DNA of 64,000 bases from Candidatus Eiseniibacteriota bacterium (GTDB taxonomy: Bacteria; Eisenbacteria; RBG-16-71-46): assembly GCA_963776245.1 (NCBI GenBank), contig CAVZLN010000006.1, positions 352,001 to 416,000 of the forward strand, written 5' to 3'. Positions 18,909-26,919 of this stretch are shown here, piece after piece; position 1 is the first letter of the stretch, and every line of letters begins with the position of its first letter. Under the pieces are notes generated by a model. That model searched no databases and was not told where the DNA came from. It saw only the letters and a list, made by a program, of their open reading frames with translations. The position numbers and the translations under genes are program-made.

Positions 18909-19912
18909 CAGTCCGACCTCCGGGCTTGCCTGGCTTCCGTCCTCCGGCGCGGGATGCGGGCCACGAACACGAGCCCTCCGAGCAGGCTGACGGCGACGGC
19001 GACCAGATAAGTGGTGAACTGCAGCGAGAAGGCATGCGCACGGTCGACCCCGACCAGGCCGAACAGGACGATCCCCGCGCCCTCACGCACTCCGATGCCG
19101 TTCAACGAGATAGGCAGCGAGACTATCACCGCCAGGAGCGGCACGAAAAGGAAGAAGTAGGCCAATTCGACGTGAAGTCCCAGCGCGCGAGCCACCAGCA
19201 CGTGCACCCCGATGCGCGCGACCTGCACCACCGCCGCGAGACCGAGGAGGCTGGCGAAGAGCCCGCGCTCGCCACGGAACGCCTGCAGGCGCCCGGCCAC
19301 GTCGACGAGCTGGGGCTCGAGCGCGCCGAGCCCGATGCGCGACAGCAGCTGCCCCAGCGCCGGGAGCAGCGTCGGGTGGAACACCGCCCACACCAGCAGC
19401 ACCGAGGCCGCGAAGAACGCCACCACCATCAGGTACACCAGCGACAGGTGGAAGCGGTCGATCGCGGGCAGCGTGGTGACCAGCGCGAGGCCCGCGAGCG
19501 CCAGCGTGCCGATCAGGCGGTCCATGAGCACGGTCGAGACCGCGGCCGTCCGGGACCCCTCGCGCCGCGAGGCATCGAACACGCGGGCGATGTCCCCGCC
19601 GATGTTGGCGGGGAGGAAATTGTTGAAGAACAATCCCACGTGGTAGTAGGAGCACACCTTCCAGAACGGGATGCGGATGCCCACCGCGCGCAGCAGGCGC
19701 CCCCATTGCCACGAGCCGAGCACGTTCGAGAACACCAGCAGGGCGGCCGCGAGCGCCAGGCCCGCGAGGTCCGCGGTGCGCAGCGCGGCACCCAGGTCGT
19801 GGAGCGAGATGCGCTTCACGAAGAACGCCATCAGCCCGAGGCTGAGGACCACCTTGGCGCCCAGCAGCAGGACGGTCCTGGCCCCTGGACGCCCGCCGGG
19901 TTCCACGTTCAT
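18908..19912 (-). CDS. Lysylphosphatidylglycerol-synthase TM domain protein (AglD2/YbhN-like putative flippase)
   Basis: GLFFNNFLPANIGGD, DRLIG, LPISLNGIGVRE; start MNVEPGG at 19912 (ATGA overlap). Confidence 0.85.
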   Translation of the reverse strand: MNVEPGGRPGARTVLLLGAKVVLSLGLMAFFVKRISLHDLGAALRTADLAGLALAAALLVFSNVLGSWQWGRLLRAVGIRIPFWKVCSYYHVGLFFNNFLPANIGGDIARVFDASRREGSRTAAVSTVLMDRLIGTLALAGLALVTTLPAIDRFHLSLVYLMVVAFFAASVLLVWAVFHPTLLPALGQLLSRIGLGALEPQLVDVAGRLQAFRGERGLFASLLGLAAVVQVARIGVHVLVARALGLHVELAYFFLFVPLLAVIVSLPISLNGIGVREGAGIVLFGLVGVDRAHAFSLQFTTYLVAVAVSLLGGLVFVARIPRRRTEARQARRSD

Positions 19913-21036
19913 CGCGCGCCCTCCACCCCGGCGAGCATCGCGTCCAGCGAGCGGCTCGCGCAATCCGGCCAGGTGAAGCGCGTGGACCACGCCAGCCCGC
20001 CCACGCCCAGCGCGTCGCGCAGCTTCACGTCGCCGAGCACGCGCGCCAGCGCCCCGGCGAGCGCGGCGTCGTCGCCGAAGGGCACCAGCAGGCCGGTCTC
20101 GTCGCGACGCACCGAATCCCGCAGGCCGGGGCTGTCGGCCGCCACCACCGCGGTGCCGCACGCGCCGGCCTCGATCACGGTGAGCCCCCAGCCCTCCTTG
20201 GGGCTGGGCTGGACCAGGCACCAGCCGCGCTGCAGGCGGAGCACCTTCTCCGCCCGGGGCAGGAAGCCGCAGAACTCCACCGCGTCCGCGACCCCGAGAG
20301 CCTGGGCGGCGCGCTCGAGCTCCGGCCGCCACGGGCCGTCGCCGATGACCTCGAGGCGCGCGCCCGGCACCCGCTCGAGGACCCGCGGCAGCACGCGCAT
20401 CACCCAGTCGAGGCCCTTGTAGCGCCGCAGCCGGCCGATGAACACGATGCTCGGGCGCTCGGTCTTGCCCGCGCGCGGGTCGAACCGGTAGTGGTCGTGG
20501 TCGAGTCCGCAGTGCACCACGTCGACGCGCCCGGCGGCCACGCCGCGCGCGACCAGATCGTCGCGCGTGCTCTCCGAGATGGCCAGGAATCGCGAGCGGC
20601 GGTAGATCCCCGGGATGAGCCCTTCGAGCGCGAGCACGTAGAGCGCGACCGGAGCCGACGCCTCCTGGAACGCGGCGGTGCCGAACAGGTGGGGCACGAT
20701 CGCGGCGACCGGAGCGCCCGTCCACAGCGGCGTGAAGCAGGGCACCTTGTTGATGTCCTCGATCACCAGGTCGGGCCGCGGACTCGCGAACTCGCGGGCC
20801 AGCACCACCGGCACCACCCAGTTGAAGTTCCACCACGAACCGCGGCGCACCACCCGGATGCCGCGCCGCTCGGCCTCGGCCGCGCCGCCCGGGAAGCGGG
20901 TCGCGAGCCACGTCGCGCGGTGCCCGCGCCGGACCGCCTCGAGCAGGATCTCCTCGAGGTGGAGCTCCGCGCCCCCGGCCTCGGGATGCTCCGGGTCGCG
21001 GAAGTTGACCGCCAGCAGATGCAGCGGGCGGCTCAT
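19909..21036 (-). CDS. GT4 glycosyltransferase
   Basis: NFRDPEHPEAGGAE, GRLRRYKG, SPKEGWGLTVIEAGACG, DSPGLRDSV. Confidence 0.9.
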   Translation of the reverse strand: MSRPLHLLAVNFRDPEHPEAGGAELHLEEILLEAVRRGHRATWLATRFPGGAAEAERRGIRVVRRGSWWNFNWVVPVVLAREFASPRPDLVIEDINKVPCFTPLWTGAPVAAIVPHLFGTAAFQEASAPVALYVLALEGLIPGIYRRSRFLAISESTRDDLVARGVAAGRVDVVHCGLDHDHYRFDPRAGKTERPSIVFIGRLRRYKGLDWVMRVLPRVLERVPGARLEVIGDGPWRPELERAAQALGVADAVEFCGFLPRAEKVLRLQRGWCLVQPSPKEGWGLTVIEAGACGTAVVAADSPGLRDSVRRDETGLLVPFGDDAALAGALARVLGDVKLRDALGVGGLAWSTRFTWPDCASRSLDAMLAGVEGAR

Positions 21037-21821
21037 CGCTTCTCGGCCACGGTGCCGATGACGTGGCTGGTCCAGGGCGCCCAGCGTGCGCGCGACAGCC
21101 GCGCGCGCAGCGCGGTCCAGCCCGCCGACCAGAAGCGCGGGCCCTGCGGCTCGAGGGGCAGCGCGATCCCGAGCCCGCGCTTGAGCACCTCGCGCACCAC
21201 GCGGTACCACAGGCCGGGCACCATCCACTCGCCGTAGGTGCGCCGGACCTCCAGGCCGCTCGCCGCCACCAGCCGCTCGAGCCGGGCGGGCGTGAATTGC
21301 GTCTCCCAGCCGGCGAACCAGCGGTCGACGGCGATCAGCGCCTGCTTCATCAGGGTGTAGAGGTGGAAGGTCTGGGGCACGTCCACGATCAGCCGCCCGC
21401 CCCGCGCGGTGACCCGCGCGTTCTCGCGCAGCAGCGGCATCGGGTCGCGGAAGTGCTCGAGCAGGCCCTGGTGGAACACCACGTCGAACGTGCCCTCGCG
21501 GAACGGCATGCGCAGCGCGTCCGCGCGCACCAGGTGCACGGCCAGGCCCTGCTCGCGCGCCTGCCGCCGCACCAGCTCGAGCGAGGCCGGCGAGTAGTCG
21601 AGCACCACGCCGCGGGCGCCTTCGCGCACCAGCGCGAGCAGGTCACGGCCCGAGCCGGCGCCCACCTCCATCACCCGGCGCCCGCGCACCTCGCCGTCGC
21701 GCAGCACCTCGCGCACCAGCCGGCCGCCGGTGGAATACGTGCGGTCGAGGTCGGCGTGCCCCTTCCAGTAGGACTCCCAGTGGTCGAGCGTCGAGGCGCG
21801 GGACGGCACGGGTCCGGACAT
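21033..21821 (-). CDS. Class I SAM-dependent methyltransferase
   Basis: VMEVGAGSG, ADALRMPFREGTFD, QGLLEHF. Confidence 0.85.
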   Translation of the reverse strand: MSGPVPSRASTLDHWESYWKGHADLDRTYSTGGRLVREVLRDGEVRGRRVMEVGAGSGRDLLALVREGARGVVLDYSPASLELVRRQAREQGLAVHLVRADALRMPFREGTFDVVFHQGLLEHFRDPMPLLRENARVTARGGRLIVDVPQTFHLYTLMKQALIAVDRWFAGWETQFTPARLERLVAASGLEVRRTYGEWMVPGLWYRVVREVLKRGLGIALPLEPQGPRFWSAGWTALRARLSRARWAPWTSHVIGTVAEKR

Positions 21822-21823
21822 GC

Positions 21824-22549
21824 TCACTCCCCCCATCTCAGCCGCTCGGCCAGGAACCGCGGCAGCCCGGCGTCGACGATGCGCGACATCGCCCGGTCGA
21901 TGTCGTACGCCAGCCGGACGTGGCGCACGCTCCGCTCACGGTCGTCCCACAGCAGGTAGGCGGCGCGCGGATCGCCGTCGCGCGGCTGGCCCACGCTGCC
22001 CACGTTCACGATGTAGCGCCGGCCCGGCTCCATCCGCACCGTGTTTTCGCGGGTGTAGCGGATGCGCTCGCCGTCGTGCTCGAAGATCCCCGGGTAATGC
22101 GAGTGCCCGATGAAGCAGAGCGCCTCGTCGAATCCCTCCAGCTCGCTCTCGGCCTCGTACGGCGAGAGCACGTAGTGCCATTGCTCGGGCTCGACCGGCG
22201 CGGCATGCACCAGTCGCGCGCCGCGCCACGGCAGCGTGTAGGGCAGCGCCTGGAGCCAGGCACGGTTGGCCGGCGTGAGCGCCTCCGAGGTCCAGCGCGC
22301 CGCGGTGGCGGCATCGCTGTTGAAGGCGCCGAGCCGCAGGCGCCCGGCCGCCACCACGTCGTGATTGCCGGTCACCGCCGCCTCGAGCCGCGGGCGCACC
22401 AGCTCGATGCACTCGTTGGGGGCGGCTCCGTACCCCACGAAGTCGCCCAGGCACGCGATGCTCGCGGGCTGGCAGGCATCGAGGTCGGCGAGCACCACCT
22501 CGAGCGCGTCGAGGTTCCCGTGGATGTCGCTGATCACGGCGTGGAGCAT
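21824..22549 (-). CDS. Metallophosphoesterase (calcineurin-like)
   Basis: SDIHGN, LGDFVGYG, GNHD, GHSH, NVGSVGQPRDGD. Confidence 0.9.
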   Translation of the reverse strand: MLHAVISDIHGNLDALEVVLADLDACQPASIACLGDFVGYGAAPNECIELVRPRLEAAVTGNHDVVAAGRLRLGAFNSDAATAARWTSEALTPANRAWLQALPYTLPWRGARLVHAAPVEPEQWHYVLSPYEAESELEGFDEALCFIGHSHYPGIFEHDGERIRYTRENTVRMEPGRRYIVNVGSVGQPRDGDPRAAYLLWDDRERSVRHVRLAYDIDRAMSRIVDAGLPRFLAERLRWGE

Positions 22550-22980
22550 CAGAGCTCCCCGGGACGCGCGGTGCGCGCCACCTGGTCGAGGACCCCGTTC
22601 ACGAACCGCCCGGACTCCTCGCTGCCGAACTGGCGGGCGATCTCGATCGCCTCGTCGATGACCACGCGCGCCGGGCTGCCGGCGCGCGCGTACAGCTCGG
22701 CCGCGGCGATGCGCAGCACCGCGCGATCGGTGGCGGCGAGCCGCTCGAGCGGCCAGCTGGTGAGCGCGGCGCCCAGCGCCGCGTCCACCGCGCCGCCCTG
22801 GGTGGCGAGATGCCGCACCACGTCATCCACCAGCTCGGCCTGGTCCGGTGTCAGGCGCTCGGACTCGCGCAGCGCGCGCCATGCCTCGGGCGGCGTGTCG
22901 CCGGTGACGTCGCACTGGTAGGCGACGCGGAACGCCAGCTCGCGCGCGCGGCGCCGGGCGGAGGTGGGCTCGGGGCTCAT
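22549..22980 (-). CDS. nusB: Transcription antitermination factor NusB
   Basis: RRRARELA, WPLERL, DRAVLR, VVIDEAIEIA, FVNGVLD; follows ribH. Confidence 0.93.
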   Translation of the reverse strand: MSPEPTSARRRARELAFRVAYQCDVTGDTPPEAWRALRESERLTPDQAELVDDVVRHLATQGGAVDAALGAALTSWPLERLAATDRAVLRIAAAELYARAGSPARVVIDEAIEIARQFGSEESGRFVNGVLDQVARTARPGEL

Positions 22981-23516
22981 CGCGTCTCTCCGGCCGCGCC
23001 GGGCCACGCCTTCATGCTGGCCCCCAATCGCGCCATCTGGATGGCGGCGAGCGCCACCGAGACGCCGGTGTGCCCCACGGGACCGCCGAGGCGCGCCTCC
23101 GCCTGGGCCGCATCGTGGCAGGCGAGCACGCCGTCGAGCACCGGGAGCTTGAGCTCGAGCGAGACGTCCACGAGCCCGCGCGCGCACTGGTCGGCCACCA
23201 GCCGGAAGTGCTCGGTCTCGCCGCGCAGGACGACCCCGAACGCGAGCACGGCGTGGGGCGCGAAGGTCCACCCCTTCTCGCGCTCGCCTTCGGCCGGCCG
23301 GGTGCGGTAGAGCCGCGCCATCCACTTGGCCGCCAGCGGCAGCTCGAGCGCGCCGGGCACCCACCACAGCTCGAGGTCGTCCTCGGCCGCGCCCTGGCGC
23401 CGCAGCGTCTCGACCGCGCCGTCCACCAGCCGCCGGACGTACTTCTCGTTGAACCGCGCGGCGACGATGCCGAACCGCAGGCCGGTCGCGTCGTGGGTCG
23501 GAGCCAGCTCGCGCAT
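22977..23516 (-). CDS. ribH: 6,7-dimethyl-8-ribityllumazine synthase
   Basis: FGIVAARFN, VPGALELP, GVVLRGETEHF. Confidence 0.93.
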   Translation of the reverse strand: MRELAPTHDATGLRFGIVAARFNEKYVRRLVDGAVETLRRQGAAEDDLELWWVPGALELPLAAKWMARLYRTRPAEGEREKGWTFAPHAVLAFGVVLRGETEHFRLVADQCARGLVDVSLELKLPVLDGVLACHDAAQAEARLGGPVGHTGVSVALAAIQMARLGASMKAWPGAAGETR

Positions 23517-23518
23517 CC

Positions 23519-24880
23519 TCACGTCTCCCCGAGCTCGAGATCGAGCAGATGCCCGAGCTTGTCGCGCTTGGTGGCCAGATAGCGGCGGTTGTGGCGCGTC
23601 GGCTTCACGCGCAGCGGCAGGCGCTTGACGATCTCGAGGCCGTGCGCCTCGAGGCCGACGATCTTGCGCGGGTTGTTGGTGAGCAGCTCGATGCGCGCGA
23701 GCCCGAGGTCGGTGAGGATCTGGGCGCCGATGCCGTAGTCGCGCAGGTCGGGCGGGAAGCCGAGCTTCACGTTGGCCTCCACGGTGTCGAGCCCGCGGTC
23801 CTGCAGCGCGTAGGCCTTGAGCTTGTTCGCGAGCCCGATGCCGCGCCCCTCCTGGCGAAGGTAGAGGAACACGCCGCGCCCGCGGCTCGCGATGGCGCGC
23901 AGCGCGGCGTGCATCTGCGCGCCGCAGTCGCAGCGCTGCGAACCGAACACGTCGCCGGTCAGGCACTGGGAGTGCACCCGCACCAGCACCGGGCCGCCCT
24001 TCTTCACGTCGCCCATCACCAGCGCCACGTGGTGGTCGTTGGCCAGCGTCTCCTGGTACAGGTGCAGGGTGAAGCGCCCCTCGGCCACCGGCAGCGGCAC
24101 GCTCACCACGCGGCGCACCAGGCGCTCGCTGCGGCGGCGGTGCTGGATGAGGTCGCGGATCGCGAGGATGCCGAGCCCGTGCGCCCGCGCGAAGTGCCGC
24201 AGCCCGGGCAGGCGCATCATATGGCCGTCGTCGGTCAGGATCTCGCACAGCGCCCCCACCGGGCGGAGCCCGGCGAGCGTGCACAGGTCGGGCACCGCCT
24301 CGGTGTGGCCGGCGCGGCGCAGCACCCCGCCCGGCACCGCGCGCAGCGGGAAGACGTGCCCCGGACGGGCGAGGTCGCGCGAGCGCGAGCGCCGGTCGGC
24401 GAGCACGCGCAGGGTGCGCGCGCGGTCGAAGGCCGAGGTGCCGGTGGTGGTGCCGTGCTGCGCGTCCACCGACTCGGTGAACGGCGTGCCGAAGCGGGCG
24501 GTGTTCTCGGTCACCATGAGCTTGAGCCCGAGCCGGTCGCTCTCCGCGGGCGCCATCGGCGCGCACAGGATGCCGCGGCCGTGCTTGAGCGCGAAGTTCA
24601 CCATCTCCGGGGTCGCGAACTCGGCGGCGAACACCACGTCGCCCTCGTTCTCGCGGTCGCGGTCGTCCACCACGATGATCATCTTCCCCGCGCGGATGCG
24701 CCGGACCGCGTCGTCCACGCCGATGAACACGCTGTCGGCCCGGCGCTCGGGCACGCGCGGCGGCGGCGCCGCCCGCCCGGCGCCCGCGCGCGACGCGGCC
24801 GGGCGGCCCGGCGCGGCCGACCGCCGGGCGCCCGGGCGGGGCGCGGGCCGGCGGGTCGCGGTGCTTCGCTTCGCGCTCAC
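23519..24880 (-). CDS. ribBA: Bifunctional DHBP synthase / GTP cyclohydrolase II
   Basis: VVDDRDRENEGD, RPGHVFPL, RAGHTE, RVHSQCLTGD, RCDCG, QEGRGIG, LLTNNP; GTG start at 24880 overlapping the ribE stop. Confidence 0.95.
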   Translation of the reverse strand: MSAKRSTATRRPAPRPGARRSAAPGRPAASRAGAGRAAPPPRVPERRADSVFIGVDDAVRRIRAGKMIIVVDDRDRENEGDVVFAAEFATPEMVNFALKHGRGILCAPMAPAESDRLGLKLMVTENTARFGTPFTESVDAQHGTTTGTSAFDRARTLRVLADRRSRSRDLARPGHVFPLRAVPGGVLRRAGHTEAVPDLCTLAGLRPVGALCEILTDDGHMMRLPGLRHFARAHGLGILAIRDLIQHRRRSERLVRRVVSVPLPVAEGRFTLHLYQETLANDHHVALVMGDVKKGGPVLVRVHSQCLTGDVFGSQRCDCGAQMHAALRAIASRGRGVFLYLRQEGRGIGLANKLKAYALQDRGLDTVEANVKLGFPPDLRDYGIGAQILTDLGLARIELLTNNPRKIVGLEAHGLEIVKRLPLRVKPTRHNRRYLATKRDKLGHLLDLELGET

Positions 24881-25488
24881 GCGCTCCTCCCGTCGCCCAT
24901 GCGCTCGTCGAGCAGGCGCGCGAGGTAGCGCGCGATCAGGTCCACCTCGAGATTCACGCGTCGTCCTGGCTGGTAGCCGCCGGCGGTGGTGACCGCGAGG
25001 GTGTGCGGGATGTAGGCGATCTCGCAGTGCGTGCCGCGCGCCGCCGCCACGGTGAGGCTCACGCCGTCCACCGCGAGCGAGCCCTTCTCGGCCACGTAGC
25101 GCGCCAGGCTGCCCGGCACCTCGATCGCGACCCGCACGCCGTCCCCTTCGGGCACCACCGCGACCACCGTGCCGACGCCGTCCACGTGGCCCTGCATCAG
25201 GTGGCCACCGAGGCGCTCGTCCACGCGGAGCGCGCGCTCGAGGTTGACGGCATCGCCGGCGCGCACGTCGCCGAGCACGGTGCGGGCGAGCGTCTCGGGC
25301 ACCGCCTCGACCGCGAAGCGCCCGGGCTCGATCGCGACCGCGGTCAGGCAGCACCCGCTGACCGCGAGGCTGCCGCCGACCCCGGTCCCCTCGAGCACGC
25401 GGTCGGCGGCGATCCAGAAGCGGCGCCCCGCCGGGCGCTGCTCGATCGCGGCGATGCGGCCCTGCTCCTCGACGATGCCGGTGAACAC
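24877..25488 (-). CDS. ribE: Riboflavin synthase
   Basis: (V)FTGIVE, SGCCLT, VNLERA, GGHLMQGHVDG, KGSLAVDGVSLT. Confidence 0.95.
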   Translation of the reverse strand: MFTGIVEEQGRIAAIEQRPAGRRFWIAADRVLEGTGVGGSLAVSGCCLTAVAIEPGRFAVEAVPETLARTVLGDVRAGDAVNLERALRVDERLGGHLMQGHVDGVGTVVAVVPEGDGVRVAIEVPGSLARYVAEKGSLAVDGVSLTVAAARGTHCEIAYIPHTLAVTTAGGYQPGRRVNLEVDLIARYLARLLDERMGDGRSA

Positions 25489-25493
25489 CTCGC

Positions 25494-26603
25494 CTATCCC
25501 CCGATCCCGATCGTGATGAGCACGTCGTCGCCGACGCGCTCGTGCGCCACCAGCCGGCCCGCGACCGCGTCCGCGAGCCCGCGACGTCCGAGCGCGCCGC
25601 ACCAGTCCAGCCCCTCGGCGCCGAGCACGCGCGGGGCCACGAACAGCGCCACCTCGTCCACCCGGCCGTGCTTCATCCACGCGGTGCCGAGCGCGGCCCC
25701 GCCCTCGAGCAGCACCTCGTGGCAGCCCTCCTCGGCGAGCCGCTTCGCGAGCGCCCGCGGCGAGACGTGGCCGCCGGCGAGCGGCAGCTCCCACACCCGC
25801 ACGCCGCGCGCCTCGAGCGCCCGGCGGCGCGCGCGCGACGCGCGCGGCCCGCAGGCCACCACCGTGCCGCCCGCCAGCGCGCGGCCGAACAGCCGCAGCG
25901 CGAGCGGCAGGGACGCGCGCGTGTCGCACACCACGCGCAGCGGCTGGAGGGCCGCGCGGACGCCGCGCGCGGTCAGCCGCGGGTCGTCGCGGCGCGCGGT
26001 GGTGGCGCCCACCACGATGGCGTCCGCGCGCGCGCGCATGCGGTGCGCGCGGACGCGGGACTCCGGTCCGCTGATCCAGCGCGCGTTCCCGCGCGCGTCG
26101 GCGATGCGGCCGTCGAGCGTGGCCGCCACCTTCCACGTCACGTGCGGACGCCCGGTGGTGTGCGCCAGCACGTAGCCGCGCAGCAGCGCGCGCGACTGCG
26201 CTCCGAGCAGGCCGACCTCCACCGCCACGCCGGCGCGCCGCAGCATCCGCAGCCCGCGGCCGTCCACGATGGCGTGCGGGTCGCGCAGCGCCACCACGCA
26301 GCGGGCGATACCGGCGGCCGTGATGGCGTCCACGCACGGCGGGGTGCGCCCCCAGTGCGCGCACGGCTCGAGCGTGACGTACAGGGTGGCGCCGCGCGCG
26401 CGCGCGCCGGCGGCGCGCAGCGCCTCGATCTCGGCATGGTCGGTCCCGGCGGCGCGGTGCCAGCCCTCGCCCACCACCCGGCCGCCCCGCACCACGACCG
26501 CGCCCACCATCGGGTTCGGGCGCGTGCACCCGCGTCCGCGCGCGGCCAGTGCCAGCGCGCGGCGCATGTGGCGGACGTCGTCCTCGGCGGTGCGATCCGG
26601 CAT
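25494..26603 (-). CDS. ribD: Riboflavin biosynthesis deaminase/reductase
   Basis: PNPMVGAV, HAE, TLEPCAHWGRTPPC, KVAATLDG, WISG, DDPRLT, LLEGG. Confidence 0.95.
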   Translation of the reverse strand: MPDRTAEDDVRHMRRALALAARGRGCTRPNPMVGAVVVRGGRVVGEGWHRAAGTDHAEIEALRAAGARARGATLYVTLEPCAHWGRTPPCVDAITAAGIARCVVALRDPHAIVDGRGLRMLRRAGVAVEVGLLGAQSRALLRGYVLAHTTGRPHVTWKVAATLDGRIADARGNARWISGPESRVRAHRMRARADAIVVGATTARRDDPRLTARGVRAALQPLRVVCDTRASLPLALRLFGRALAGGTVVACGPRASRARRRALEARGVRVWELPLAGGHVSPRALAKRLAEEGCHEVLLEGGAALGTAWMKHGRVDEVALFVAPRVLGAEGLDWCGALGRRGLADAVAGRLVAHERVGDDVLITIGIGG

Positions 26604-26613
26604 GGACTCCCCT

Positions 26614-26652
26614 GAAAATGACGAAACCCCGCGGCCTGCGAATGCCACGGGG
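26614..26652 (-). terminator. Intrinsic terminator of the FMN riboswitch expression platform
   Basis: Minus strand CCCCGTGGC-loop-GCCGCGGGG followed by TTTCGTCATTTTC, between the aptamer and the ribD SD. Confidence 0.65.
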
Positions 26653-26690
26653 CGGTGCGCGGGTGCGCCGGGCAGGCCAAGGCCTGCCCT

Positions 26691-26855
26691 CTCCTTCTTC
26701 CATCCCGACTGTCACGGTCGGCCCCGGAATCGCACCGGGTCATGCGCTCGCGTCCGGCTGCCTGGGAACCCATCCGCCCCGGAGGACGGACACCGGACGC
26801 GCTCGCTCGCGGGCTCTACCGCCGGTGGGGACTTGGCACCCCGCCCCGAAGGAGC
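26691..26855 (-). promoter_or_regulatory. FMN riboswitch (RFN element)
   Basis: Minus strand CTTCGGGGCGGGGTG..AAGTCCCCACCGGCGGT..AGCCCGCGAG...GACCCGGTGCGATTCCGGGGCCGACCGT.ACAGTCGGGATGGAAGAAG, directly upstream of ribD. Confidence 0.95.
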
Positions 26856-26866
26856 AATGGCGGAGG

Positions 26867-26895
26867 AGGATAGCGGCGGCGCCGCGGGGGGTCAA
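26867..26895 (-). promoter_or_regulatory. Sigma70-type promoter of the rib leader
   Basis: TTGACC-N17-TATCCT about 10 nt before the aptamer. Confidence 0.7.
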
Positions 26896-26919
26896 ACGAG
26901 CGCGGCCCGAGGCGCCCGC

